Shown here one piece after another: positions 1-9,027 of a stretch of 64,000 nt of DNA (position 1 is its first letter; each line of letters begins with the position of its first letter). Position numbers and translations under genes: made by a program. Origin of the DNA: a virus (taxonomy: Duplodnaviria; Caudoviricetes); the IMG/VR virus record IMGVR_UViG_3300030330_005745, positions 18,949 through 82,948 of that record; one strand, 5' to 3'. The notes under the pieces are model-generated. The model was not told the origin of the DNA. It searched no databases and worked only from the letters and a program-made list of their open reading frames with translations.

Positions 1-1
1 G

Positions 2-148
2 CAACCGTTCATGAGTGGCTATACATCTCCGATTAAGTTGCCAAATACAGAAAGAATGCATACACATTCGTTCTACATTGGTAATAATCAGTTTGTTACA
101 CCCGCCGATATTCGGGCATTGGCGCAGGAGTTGAAATGCGTATTCTGA
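2..148 (+). CDS. C-terminal fragment of a DegT/DnrJ/EryC1/StrS-type PLP sugar aminotransferase (5' end outside window)
   Basis: Manual translation QPFMSGYTSPIKLPNTERMHTHSFYIGNNQFVT...LKCVF* resembles the C-terminus of this family; not in the ORF track. Confidence 0.55.
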   Translation, partial: QPFMSGYTSPIKLPNTERMHTHSFYIGNNQFVTPADIRALAQELKCVF

Positions 149-861
149 TTTGTAGCATCATCCGCAACCGTCGTCCCTATCTTTTTAATTGGAAGGACTT
201 GATCCTCTGCTTGGCAGATGAGAACCCTGATGTTCTGTTTGATCTGTCTGTTTACGAGAATGATTCAACCGATGGCACTGCTGAGTACCTGCACAGTATT
301 CTTCCTGAACTGCAGAAGGAACTTTTCCAAGTAAGCATCACGTGTGAGAAGAACGATAAGCCGTACTTCCCCTCGGTGAAAGATGAAGATCGTGTAACGC
401 TTCTGGCCGAAGCACGTAATCGGACTCTGGATCAGATGGATCTGGATGTGTACGACAAGATTGTTTTCATTGAACCAGACGTTGATTATGACCCGGATCT
501 CATCAGCGAATTGTTTTATATGGCGTCGGACATTTGCTCACCTTACAGTCTGCAGCCTGAGAACTACCCAAGTTTCCCTTGGATTTATGACTGCTGGGCA
601 ACCAGGGTCAAGATGACGGATGACGAATTCACCGGCCCCAATTTATATGAGATGCCTCCTTGCCTAGAGGTTGATTCAACCTTTAATTGTTTCTGTGTGT
701 ATAAGGCTAAACCGTTCCAAGAAGGTGCCCGATTTTCAGGAATTAATCCTGCAACCGGCACCTGGGACTGCGACACCACCAATATCTGTGCTGAGTTTGC
801 GCAACGGGGATACGATCAAATCCATTTATACCGTATAGCTCTAACTCATAATGCCAACTGA
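136..861 (+). CDS. GT-A fold glycosyltransferase (CAP59-like)
   Basis: YENDSTDGT, LAEARNR, DxD-like IEPDVDYD and YDCWATR motifs; follows a sugar aminotransferase. Confidence 0.65.
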   Translation: MRILICSIIRNRRPYLFNWKDLILCLADENPDVLFDLSVYENDSTDGTAEYLHSILPELQKELFQVSITCEKNDKPYFPSVKDEDRVTLLAEARNRTLDQMDLDVYDKIVFIEPDVDYDPDLISELFYMASDICSPYSLQPENYPSFPWIYDCWATRVKMTDDEFTGPNLYEMPPCLEVDSTFNCFCVYKAKPFQEGARFSGINPATGTWDCDTTNICAEFAQRGYDQIHLYRIALTHNAN

Positions 862-1000
862 AGAAGAACGCTGGGCAGAATTCAATCGAAAGCTGGCTCA
901 GCTGATACCAAATCCCCCTGCAAATTGGCGGGAAAAAGCTAAACCCTGCAAATATCAAGCCATTCTTGATGAAAGAAAGGCGAAGAAAACGTTAGAATGA
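851..1000 (+). CDS. hypothetical protein, 49 aa
   Basis: Manual ORF MPTEEERWAEFNRKLAQL...; fills the gap and overlaps the previous stop. Confidence 0.45.
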   Translation: MPTEEERWAEFNRKLAQLIPNPPANWREKAKPCKYQAILDERKAKKTLE

Positions 1001-1074
1001 AGACGCTCAAATGCAAACGTTTCCGAAAGCGGTTTAAGGAACTATGATCCCGGCATGAGCACCCGGGATTTTTT

Positions 1075-1848
1075 ATGAGCACTCTTGTTGCCAACCTGCC
1101 GCCTGTCAAAGTTTGGGTTCGACGTGAGTATCTACGTGATCTTCGTGACGGCCATGGAGAATATACACCTGGCTATTGGGTAACTTGCAAGTCACTATCT
1201 GGACGTGCGCTTTATTTTGAAACGTATCTAACTGAGTATGGTGCGCTATATGACAAGCTTCCTATCAGTGCTTTTCTTGCTTGGGATTCTGATCATCCCG
1301 ACGAGCCCGTGGCTCCTACTCCTGATTTGCCGCTGACTGATCTTCAGTTCTGGAATGGATTTGACACCGGTCTTGTGGTGGTCGAAAAGAATCTGATCTT
1401 CAACATGGAGTTTGAAGTGATGACGCGGGATGCAGGTATCCAACGCGGATCTTATCTGTTCACGATCGACAATTATCATCCGCACCGCAATGAACCTGAC
1501 TTTTACTTTGCGGAGATGCCCGATGAGCATAAGTCCCACAACATTGTGGAGCTAGAGAACGGTCAGATTGGTGCCTATCCAAACAATAGGTGCCGCATGG
1601 TTGATCCTTCGCTTACCAACCATGACCTGAAAACGCCTGACTTCAAAGTTTCGACGCGCTATTTTAATGTAGAGCATGCTCCCAAGTGGGGCAGGCTTGG
1701 TGAGACAGATGATTATTTCTGGAAGACACCAAATGAAACTACAACACCAAAAGAGGAGCTTGTTACTGACACTGCGTGCAAGATTGAGTTTGATGCTCTT
1801 GGCGCTGAGTTTTATAAATCAGCCCGGAATGAGCAAACCAACGCATAG
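1075..1848 (+). CDS. conserved marine phage hypothetical protein
   Basis: 257-aa ORF; NLPPVKVWVRREYL and GALYDKLPISAF recalled from marine phage proteins. Confidence 0.7.
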   Translation: MSTLVANLPPVKVWVRREYLRDLRDGHGEYTPGYWVTCKSLSGRALYFETYLTEYGALYDKLPISAFLAWDSDHPDEPVAPTPDLPLTDLQFWNGFDTGLVVVEKNLIFNMEFEVMTRDAGIQRGSYLFTIDNYHPHRNEPDFYFAEMPDEHKSHNIVELENGQIGAYPNNRCRMVDPSLTNHDLKTPDFKVSTRYFNVEHAPKWGRLGETDDYFWKTPNETTTPKEELVTDTACKIEFDALGAEFYKSARNEQTNA

Positions 1849-1984
1849 TTTGCGTTGTGTTCATGCTCAAGAGATTATTGCGGTTCTAAAAGAGGACCGG
1901 AGTTTACCTGAAACGGCGAAGGCAAACATCATTAAAAGGGTGTTTGTCAATTCTCCTTCCCACTGCAAATTTAAAAATGGATGA
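1829..1984 (+). CDS. hypothetical protein, 51 aa
   Basis: Internal ATG of track ORF 1676..1984; packs between its neighbours. Confidence 0.4.
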   Translation: MSKPTHSLRCVHAQEIIAVLKEDRSLPETAKANIIKRVFVNSPSHCKFKNG

Positions 1985-2147
1985 TCACACTTTTGAAAAC
2001 TGGATCAGAGTCAAAGATGCTCTAGAAGAAGCAGGAAAAACTGACTGTTTGTTCTATCGAAGAGCCACAACAATTGTAAATGGAGGTAAACTAACCAAAG
2101 ATCCTTTCGAGTTACCTACTCTTGAGTTGCCGGAGGAGAAAGAATAG
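1977..2147 (+). CDS. small cyanophage-type hypothetical protein
   Basis: MDDHTFENWIRVKDALEEAGKTDCLFYRRA; coupled to the upstream stop. Confidence 0.6.
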   Translation: MDDHTFENWIRVKDALEEAGKTDCLFYRRATTIVNGGKLTKDPFELPTLELPEEKE

Positions 2148-2406
2148 CCAAATACGGTTAGCTTTTTATAAACGGAAGCAGGAATGTTGCCGTTGTGGAT
2201 GTAGCGATCACCGTGTCCTTGAGTTTCATCATGTCAATGAGAAGAGCTACAACATTGCCGACATGGCATCTCGGGGATACGCCTGGTCCAGGATCGAAGA
2301 CGAATTAAAAAAATGCGAGACAGTCTGTGCAAACTGCCATCGCATTCTTCATCATGAACAGAAGTTACTCAGCGAAGACTTGCCTTCACCATCCACGCAG
2401 CCTTGA
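2122..2406 (+). CDS. HNH endonuclease
   Basis: CxxC..LEFHH...CETVCANCHRILH. Confidence 0.75.
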   Translation: MSCRRRKNSQIRLAFYKRKQECCRCGCSDHRVLEFHHVNEKSYNIADMASRGYAWSRIEDELKKCETVCANCHRILHHEQKLLSEDLPSPSTQP

Positions 2407-2854
2407 AGGCATCGCCCGTTAGTTCTGCCAAGAAGTGAGCGATATCAATGGCACCGATCTTGGTGGCAACAGGCTCAAGCTTTTTACACTTCATGCCAAG
2501 CGTTTCAAGATTCTTGGAGTACACATAGAGTTGTGTGCCACTTTGATAGCTATCAACATGATCAAACTTGGAGGCAGCACTCCGTAATCCTTTGCCGCAC
2601 ATTGGCATCAGGTAATCCATGCTGCGGATGTACTCAGACATCTTGTCGAACTGTTCAAGATGTGCTTCGTATTGATCCTTAAGGAAAGCATGTACTGCCA
2701 GGAAGTTTGTCCCCTCATAGTTGAGGTGGATCAAATGTGATTGCGTCTCCAGTTCCTTCAAGTATGCAGAGATTTCAATGCATTGCTTGATGAATTTACC
2801 GATTGCAGATTTTGAATCCTGCGGTTCGGGCTCTTGTCGTGTTGGGGTTTCCAT
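2369..2854 (-). CDS. dps: Dps/ferritin-like protein
   Basis: HLIHLNYEGTNFLAVHAFLKDQY...FDKMSEYIRS matches the Dps ferroxidase signature. Confidence 0.8.
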   Translation of the reverse strand: METPTRQEPEPQDSKSAIGKFIKQCIEISAYLKELETQSHLIHLNYEGTNFLAVHAFLKDQYEAHLEQFDKMSEYIRSMDYLMPMCGKGLRSAASKFDHVDSYQSGTQLYVYSKNLETLGMKCKKLEPVATKIGAIDIAHFLAELTGDAFKAAWMVKASLR

Positions 2855-3087
2855 CAGGCTTGAGGTAGGTTTCCTGCTTCGTACTGAGCAATTGCGTCCA
2901 TCATTTCAAAGAATCGATCACGCATTGCATAACCAGCTTCCTTGATGCAGAACTCTTCCCAAAGCCCGGTGTAAACGCCGTGCATTGGATGATCCTTATT
3001 GTCTCTTCCGTAGACTTTGTAGCAATGGTCCATGAAGATTGCACGTTTCTGCTGCTCTTCAATGTCCCAGCCTTCAAGGTTGTTCAT
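2854..3087 (-). CDS. cyanophage-type hypothetical protein
   Basis: MNNLEGWDIEEQQKRAIFMDHCY...HGVYTGLW; start moved to the first ATG. Confidence 0.6.
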   Translation of the reverse strand: MNNLEGWDIEEQQKRAIFMDHCYKVYGRDNKDHPMHGVYTGLWEEFCIKEAGYAMRDRFFEMMDAIAQYEAGNLPQA

Positions 3088-3277
3088 AGGCCTGAATGCC
3101 AGTGATACTGGTGAATACAGCACCTATCTTAGGGCTGATTTCAAAAGTCAGATCACAAAGCTCTGCTTCTATAGATTCTGCAACTTCCCGTGGAGTTTTA
3201 CCTGAAAACGAATCGTAATCAAGATCAACGTCCACGGAAAGTGAAACAGTGAGCGATTGGCTTTGAACAGGTTCCAT
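3074..3277 (-). CDS. hypothetical protein
   Basis: 67-aa ORF in operon packing. Confidence 0.5.
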   Translation of the reverse strand: MEPVQSQSLTVSLSVDVDLDYDSFSGKTPREVAESIEAELCDLTFEISPKIGAVFTSITGIQAYEQP

Positions 3278-3319
3278 TAACTAAAAACAAGTTATTGTTC
3301 TTAGTTTAGTTTAATCTGC

Positions 3320-3550
3320 TCAGGGGTTAGCGCCGGAAGCGATAGCGGCGTTCAGAGGAGCCAGATCTTCGGTGGTCCAATAGGTTTTGTCCACCATGAG
3401 TTCAAGGTGCTCAACGTTACGGTTAACGGTGTCAACTTCCTCAGCAGTGCGGGAAGCCTGGCCCATCAGGTCGTTGATCAGGTTCACGGAATCAAGAGCA
3501 GCACTGTAATGCCCGGAGATCTCGGCTGCGGAGGGGGTTTCAGAAGACAT
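3320..3550 (-). CDS. small fibre-associated hypothetical protein
   Basis: HYSAALDSVNLIN...RNVEHLELMV..YWTTEDL; directly downstream of the tail fibre. Confidence 0.65.
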   Translation of the reverse strand: MSSETPSAAEISGHYSAALDSVNLINDLMGQASRTAEEVDTVNRNVEHLELMVDKTYWTTEDLAPLNAAIASGANP

Positions 3551-3612
3551 GGTAATTACTTGGCAAACTTAATTGTAATTGTTCCTTGTTTATTTTATCA
3601 AGGAGTGCTTTA

Positions 3613-5802
3613 CTATGCAGATTCTAGTTCTGCAATACGTACTTCAAGAGCTGTGTTCTTGGCAGACAGTTCCTGCACCGCCCTGACTAAGACAGGAATG
3701 AGTTTTCCATAAGAAGCCTCAAGTCGATCTGGGTTGTTATCCATAACCAGCTTCAGATAGTCGGTATCAGTGTCTTTTTGCAGCTGTTGCAGGTCTTGGG
3801 CAATGAAGCCAGCCTCATAAGTTCCGTCTTTGCTGTTTCCGTCGCGTGTTTTCCATTCAAACTTGACAGGCTTCAAGCGTGAAACAAAATCAAGCCCTTC
3901 ACCCAGTTCGGCGATATTGATTTTGTCGCGTCCGTCAGAAAGGCTGGTAATTGATGTCTGATTGCAACGAAGCGTGTTCAGGCTTGAATTGCCTAAAGTC
4001 ATTTCATTATTTACAGACGAGCTGCTAGGAGATGCACTTTTACCGATGAGAGTATTGTTGTTTCCAGAAAGAGAATCGCTGCTGCTTGTGAGGATGCTAG
4101 GACCAATCAGAACATTGTTGCTACCACTAATGTTATGGGCGGTTCTGTAGCCCATGCTGATGTTATTGCTGCCGCTTGCATACCTTTGTGAACCTTCTCC
4201 GAGTGCAATATTGTATTCGCCGGTTGTTGTGTCTTTTAGACAATTTTCACCCAAACCAATGTTGTAAGACCCCGTGGTAACTTTTTCTAAAACTTCCCTT
4301 CCTAGCGCGATATTGCTCCTTCCTGTTGTCACGCTGTCCAAAGGCTTTGTACCAATGGCAACGTTAAAGGTGCCAGTCATGCCGGCTGAACTGCCTCCAC
4401 ATGCTTGTTCTCCGATACCAACATTGCCGCCGCCACTTGTGAGGTCTTTACATGCCTGCTTGCCTATAGCCACATTTATGTCTCCGCTGCTTATGTCTTG
4501 CATCGCCTGCTCGCCGATCGCAATGTTGCCATCTGCTTTATCTGAACCGGTTTCAATCGGGCTTACAAAAGCATTTGTACCACCAGATATATTTTTGTTT
4601 GCGTCTTCCGTCAGCAAACCACCGCCGCCACCTGCATCAGCCAGTGTGATATTGCCGTTGCTTGAATTAAAAGTCAGAACTTGACCGTCAGACGCTCCAG
4701 ATTGCAGGCCAGGAATCCGAAGGCTGGTAACGTTTGCATCCCCTAAAGTGATTTCATTAGAAACCGTATTGCTACTTGGTTGAGCGTTATGTCCAATAGC
4801 GGTGCTGTTGCTGCCCGTTGTAAATGTGGTGCCAGCTTCGTGGCCCAAAAATGTGTTATTATTCCCAGTTGTTACATCCTCTCCAGCCTGCTCACCAACA
4901 ATAACGTTTGAATGGCCAGTAGTTGATGTCGTTAATGCCTTTCTGCCGATGACAACATTGTTATAGCCTGATGTTAAAGCATCGGCTGCGAAGCTACCGA
5001 TAACGGTGTTACCGCTCGCGTCTTCAAGTTGATAGCCAGCTCTATATCCAATCAGGACGTTTTCATCACCATCAACTTCATAGCCCGCTTGATAGCCAAT
5101 AACCACACACCTACTGAAATTGTCCTGTTGATATTTAGCTTCATGACCGACGACGACGTTAGCATTACCCGGGCCTCTTCCTGCGTATGTACCGATACAA
5201 ACACTATTTGTAACGCTATTGGTAGTACTTGCGGCACTAACACCGATAGCAATGTTGCTATTAGTTGTTGTGAAGTTTCTGCCAGCGTGAGTACCCAAGC
5301 ATACGTTGTAATAACCTGTTGTTATATTTTCAGCTGTCTCAAATCCAAGAGCAGTGTTATCGAATCCGGTCGTTAAATCCTTGATGGCAGTATGACCAAC
5401 TGCCGTATTTCTGTTGCCGGTCGTGAGTGCATTAAGTGCGTTATATCCAAGAGCAGTTGCCTGGTTAGTAGTGCCATCATCGTTGACAAGAGCACCAGTT
5501 CCAAGGCCGATCGATTCGCCACTGTCGTAGGTGACAGCATCAGACAAGTCGTTGATCGCGGATGCACCACCACCACCAGCATCTGCAAAAGAAAAGTTAC
5601 CACTTCCATCTGTAACTAATGCTTGACCATTAGTACCGTCTGCTGCTGGTAAGGTCCAGATTCTATTTGTGCTGACTGTTGCAGCTGCTTTAAAGCCTAC
5701 GTAGTTGCTGCCATCGCTATCTCCAAAACGCAACTCTCCTTGCTCATCAAGGACCAGAGGTTGAGTCAGATCAGCAATAAGTTGTGCCTTTGTTTGCGAC
5801 AT
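3613..5802 (-). CDS. tail fibre/adhesin with 14-aa NxAxG beta-roll repeats and a C-terminal Peptidase_S74 intramolecular chaperone
   Basis: Repeats such as NTAVGHTA and NIAIG; C-terminal SDGRDKINI..L.PVKFEWK..GFIAQDL..LIPVLVRAVQEL. Confidence 0.85.
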   Translation of the reverse strand: MSQTKAQLIADLTQPLVLDEQGELRFGDSDGSNYVGFKAAATVSTNRIWTLPAADGTNGQALVTDGSGNFSFADAGGGGASAINDLSDAVTYDSGESIGLGTGALVNDDGTTNQATALGYNALNALTTGNRNTAVGHTAIKDLTTGFDNTALGFETAENITTGYYNVCLGTHAGRNFTTTNSNIAIGVSAASTTNSVTNSVCIGTYAGRGPGNANVVVGHEAKYQQDNFSRCVVIGYQAGYEVDGDENVLIGYRAGYQLEDASGNTVIGSFAADALTSGYNNVVIGRKALTTSTTGHSNVIVGEQAGEDVTTGNNNTFLGHEAGTTFTTGSNSTAIGHNAQPSSNTVSNEITLGDANVTSLRIPGLQSGASDGQVLTFNSSNGNITLADAGGGGGLLTEDANKNISGGTNAFVSPIETGSDKADGNIAIGEQAMQDISSGDINVAIGKQACKDLTSGGGNVGIGEQACGGSSAGMTGTFNVAIGTKPLDSVTTGRSNIALGREVLEKVTTGSYNIGLGENCLKDTTTGEYNIALGEGSQRYASGSNNISMGYRTAHNISGSNNVLIGPSILTSSSDSLSGNNNTLIGKSASPSSSSVNNEMTLGNSSLNTLRCNQTSITSLSDGRDKINIAELGEGLDFVSRLKPVKFEWKTRDGNSKDGTYEAGFIAQDLQQLQKDTDTDYLKLVMDNNPDRLEASYGKLIPVLVRAVQELSAKNTALEVRIAELESA

Positions 5803-5854
5803 CTTCCGTAAAACTATTTCCGTCTCTCTATTTTACGGCTTGTAGTCTGGGTAA

Positions 5855-5880
5855 TAAAAAAGCCCGCTTGGTGCGGGCTT
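5855..5880 (-). terminator. intrinsic terminator
   Basis: AAGCCCGC-ACCAA-GCGGGC-TTTTTT on the minus strand after gene 5901..6266. Confidence 0.75.
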
Positions 5881-5900
5881 GTCAGTATGTAGTTAAAAAA

Positions 5901-6266
5901 TCAGAAGTTCCACTTCAGGCCTGCTTTGGAGCCATAGGAGGCATCATCAGCAAAGACACCAGACAGTTCACCGTAGACTGACAGTGATTCGGTAGCCGCC
6001 ACAGAGAAACCAGTCTTGGCGCTGAGGTCAGTGCTGTTGCTGCCGGTAGCAGGATTCGAGAGGTAAGGACCACCCTGGAGATACCATCCAAGCGCACCGG
6101 TAGTGCCTTCAATACCAACATGGATGTCAGTACCGTGACCAGCACCCTTACCTTTCTTGTCCCAACCTGCGTTGTTCTCAATGTTTAAGTAAGGTCCAGC
6201 CAGGACGGGGCTTGCAATCAGACAGGAGATGCAAGCAACTGAGAATGCTTTAATTGCTTTAAGCAC
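5901..6266 (-). CDS. small outer-membrane beta-barrel protein, picocyanobacterial type
   Basis: Signal peptide ending PVLA|GPY, amphipathic beta strands, C-terminal Phe (GLKWNF). Confidence 0.7.
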   Translation of the reverse strand: MLKAIKAFSVACISCLIASPVLAGPYLNIENNAGWDKKGKGAGHGTDIHVGIEGTTGALGWYLQGGPYLSNPATGSNSTDLSAKTGFSVAATESLSVYGELSGVFADDASYGSKAGLKWNF

Positions 6267-6319
6267 AGTAAGTAAGCGAAATTGCCTACGAATTTTAGTA
6301 TTAAAAAACAGTTTGTCTA

Positions 6320-6586
6320 CTACTGTTCGTACAGTTTTTCAAGTGAATTCGTCTTGGTTTTCTCGTAGTAACCAATACGTTCTTGGATGATGTTGTAGTA
6401 GCTGATGGCTGCATCAACCATTTCTTCAGCATTCATTTGTGCTGCGAGGCTTTCATTTGCCAGCATTGCAGCGGTCAGGATTGTGACGCCCCACTCATTC
6501 TTGGAGCCAGCAATAGCAGAAAGCGGTGTCCCTTCCTGCGTAAACCCCGCAATCAAGTTAGTTAACTGATCAGGATTTTGCGCCAT
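6320..6586 (-). CDS. hypothetical protein
   Basis: 88-aa ORF in operon. Confidence 0.6.
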   Translation of the reverse strand: MAQNPDQLTNLIAGFTQEGTPLSAIAGSKNEWGVTILTAAMLANESLAAQMNAEEMVDAAISYYNIIQERIGYYEKTKTNSLEKLYEQ

Positions 6587-6620
6587 GGGAACACCGCCGT
6601 TTCATTTAATTGTATCGGCC

Positions 6621-6929
6621 CTAGTTTTCGTGCCGAGCAATCCAGTACCAGTAGCAGTTAGCAGCGTTCTGATGGAAACGTTTGCTGTTGAGAAGCTTCA
6701 GCTTTTTAGCTTCAAGCTCCTCGACCTTATCTGCGTTACCAGGGAGGATGTCATCACCATTGCAGAGCATTGATGTCTCCAGTTCATTGGCTTCAATCTG
6801 AAGCTCAATGTCCTTCATGGTTTGCTGGTAGCACTGCATTTTGATCTGTGCGTCAGACAGATCCGTCGGTGCCTCCAACTTCTGGTACAGGTTGCCCGAG
6901 ATATTCGGGTGCTTCCACTTCCAATTCAT
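6621..6929 (-). CDS. hypothetical coiled-coil protein
   Basis: C-terminal part of track ORF 6621..7193, from MNWKWK; exact start uncertain. Confidence 0.55.
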   Translation of the reverse strand: MNWKWKHPNISGNLYQKLEAPTDLSDAQIKMQCYQQTMKDIELQIEANELETSMLCNGDDILPGNADKVEELEAKKLKLLNSKRFHQNAANCYWYWIARHEN

Positions 6930-7572
6930 TGCTAACGAGGCGTCGTGTTCGTATCGAAAATTCTTGTATGACTTTGACTCCGTCTGGTAGTTGCTGTCCG
7001 TTCGCATGGGCGTCGCGTATTGCATCGAGATTCGGGAGGATTTCTGTAGTTGTTTTGGGTTCCGTTCTTTCTTCAAGAACTTCTCCTGACATTGAACGTA
7101 CCACGGTGTGCTTAGTGACGCACACTTCTTGCTGGATGCAGAAGGAATCTTGTTCAGAAGGTTCCCATAACTGCGGATCCGTTTTGATTTCAACTGCTAG
7201 CTCCTTGCGTTTAGATACAGTGAACTGATAGTTACGCCCATTGATCTTGTTGGTATCAAGGGGCAAAGAACGGCGCAAATACTTGACCAGTTCTTTTAGC
7301 TGCCGCACCTGAGATTCGTGGTGCTTTTGTGCCTCCTGTAGTTTTACTTTCTCTTTTTTAGCGCGTTCCGCACTGTCTTCGTGATGGGCGAGCGCGTAGT
7401 AGATACGATCCACCTTTTCAGACCGTAGCTTGGAACAGGCTTCCAACTCTGCCCGCGCCAAGTCTTGGGACTCAGGAGTGAGAAGAGGAAAAGAGCGTTC
7501 CAGGGCACCATAGTGCTGGTAAAGCTGCAGGACGTTGAGCTTTTCTAGTTTAGTTTGAGTAATTTGTTCCAC
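6853..7572 (-). CDS. Siphovirus Gp157-like protein
   Basis: EKVDRIYYAL..E......KE...LQE....ESQVRQLKELV coiled coil followed by KINGRNYQFTV; C-terminal NLDAIRDA..GQQLPDGV. Confidence 0.65.
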   Translation of the reverse strand: MEQITQTKLEKLNVLQLYQHYGALERSFPLLTPESQDLARAELEACSKLRSEKVDRIYYALAHHEDSAERAKKEKVKLQEAQKHHESQVRQLKELVKYLRRSLPLDTNKINGRNYQFTVSKRKELAVEIKTDPQLWEPSEQDSFCIQQEVCVTKHTVVRSMSGEVLEERTEPKTTTEILPNLDAIRDAHANGQQLPDGVKVIQEFSIRTRRLVSNELEVEAPEYLGQPVPEVGGTDGSV

Positions 7573-7580
7573 GGTTCGTA

Positions 7581-7700
7581 TCAGAAGGAGGTGACGTGGG
7601 ATTGGATTCGATTCATTGCATATGCCAGCAGCCCAGCGGCTGCTGTCAAAAGAAGATCTCGAAGAATGGGAAGAGCGGTAGCGAGAATGGTCTCGAACAT
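7581..7700 (-). CDS. 39-aa membrane peptide
   Basis: Manual ORF MFETILATALPILRDLLLTAAAGLLAYAMNRIQSHVTSF; preceded by pseudoknot copy 1. Confidence 0.55.
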   Translation of the reverse strand: MFETILATALPILRDLLLTAAAGLLAYAMNRIQSHVTSF

Positions 7701-7721
7701 TGAAGGAATGGTTTAGGTGTC

Positions 7722-7748
7722 CGTCAGTTTTAGGTCGTGACCAGGACC
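7722..7748 (-). ncRNA. 27-nt leader pseudoknot, copy 1
   Basis: GGTC-CT-GGTCA-C-GACC-TAAAAC-TGACG; 21 nt before an ATG. Confidence 0.7.
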
Positions 7749-7767
7749 TGGAGTCTAAGGGGGTGTG

Positions 7768-8709
7768 TCAACCCCCTTTCTTCCAGATGTGCTTGAGCTG
7801 TTGCAGGCTGTCACCGGGATATGGGACGTAGCCTGCTTCGAGCATGTTGTCGAAGAGTTCCCAACTGTCATCTTCTGTAAAAGTTTCGCCCTTGCGGTAG
7901 TGCCGCCAGTGACTGAGCGGTGCGTTTACACCGGACTTGGTATGGATAAGGGTCATGCGTCCCTTGGTATTGCCGTCTTCAGGCGGTGCATACCACCAGG
8001 CAACACACTTTTCTGGTACGTCGTTGCATTCGATCCGAATCTGAGACCGCTTGCTGATGAACTCGCGGTACTTCTCAACCCAGCTCAAGTGTTTGCAACG
8101 TGGTTTGAAATGTGGGATCTCTTCCTTGAACGCTTGTAGATGATTGAACTGGCGATGAAAGGACCCACATGAGCAATAAGGTTCGCCAAAACTAGCTTGC
8201 TCTTCCTGCTCTTCGTCAAAGTCACCATCCAAGTCAAGGAGCCGAGGTTTAATGTGAAACCCGTCTGGTGCAATGAGATACCCAATATCGAACTGTTCGT
8301 TCTGGAGTACGGGGAGTAAGGCATCTTTCGTATCGAAGTGGATGAGCTGATCAGCAAACCGTGCCTGGAAACGAGCGTTGGGATTGAGCCGTTCGCCTAG
8401 TGAGTGTGTGTATGACCAGCCTTTGAACAGGACATAACCGTTGTCCCGCCATGCGCTGGGTCCACGATAATTAGGTCCAAGGTACGCAAAGAAGTTCGGT
8501 AGTCTGTTTGTGAACTTCGTGAACGCGGCGCAAACCTTTTCCCTGGCAAACTCTTGGCTGGTGCCGTCAGTGCGAGTGATGCAAACGTTGTCGCCAACAA
8601 GACTGATGCCCGCAATGTCAGTGTCATCAAAGTCATCGAATGCTCGGCGTAAATTAGAACGGCAATAAATGAGAGACTGTGCCTCATTTAGTTTGGTTTT
8701 GGTTTCCAT
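7768..8709 (-). CDS. SWIM zinc-finger protein
   Basis: PYCSCGSF...PRCKHL (CxC-xn-CxH); start moved to METKTK to leave a divergent promoter gap. Confidence 0.65.
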   Translation of the reverse strand: METKTKLNEAQSLIYCRSNLRRAFDDFDDTDIAGISLVGDNVCITRTDGTSQEFAREKVCAAFTKFTNRLPNFFAYLGPNYRGPSAWRDNGYVLFKGWSYTHSLGERLNPNARFQARFADQLIHFDTKDALLPVLQNEQFDIGYLIAPDGFHIKPRLLDLDGDFDEEQEEQASFGEPYCSCGSFHRQFNHLQAFKEEIPHFKPRCKHLSWVEKYREFISKRSQIRIECNDVPEKCVAWWYAPPEDGNTKGRMTLIHTKSGVNAPLSHWRHYRKGETFTEDDSWELFDNMLEAGYVPYPGDSLQQLKHIWKKGG

Positions 8710-8766
8710 TTGAATAGTTTGAGTTTGGTAAGATGTATGTAACATCCAAACAATCTTGGATATCAC

Positions 8767-9027
8767 ATGGACAACATCAAGTACGTTTCGTTAAGTCAAT
8801 TCCAGATTGAACCAACGTTGGACGATAAGTTCTGGCTGGAAAAGATTAAACGATTCGTAGATGATTGTGAATCAACCTCCACATTGAAAGAAGTGGCGAC
8901 CATGTTAGCCACGATCGCCACCACAAGACAGGGTGTAATTCGTGGGTTGATCCAAGACATGTTCATCTTCCAGAATGTTTCTGTCGATGAGCAGGACGTG
9001 TCCAACCCAGATATTACTTCAAAGTGA
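8767..9027 (+). CDS. possible NblA-like small helical protein
   Basis: PTLDDKFWLEKIKRFV...LKEVATML..IATTRQ has an NblA-like pattern; weak. Confidence 0.4.
   Translation: MDNIKYVSLSQFQIEPTLDDKFWLEKIKRFVDDCESTSTLKEVATMLATIATTRQGVIRGLIQDMFIFQNVSVDEQDVSNPDITSK

Noticed and set aside
1005-1045. GCAAAC...GAAA resembling a c-di-GMP-I riboswitch
   Set aside because: The second stem and tetraloop receptor are missing; pairing is too short
6930-7193. N-terminal extension of ORF 6621..7193
   Set aside because: Fully inside the Gp157-like gene with no coding features; start moved to 6929
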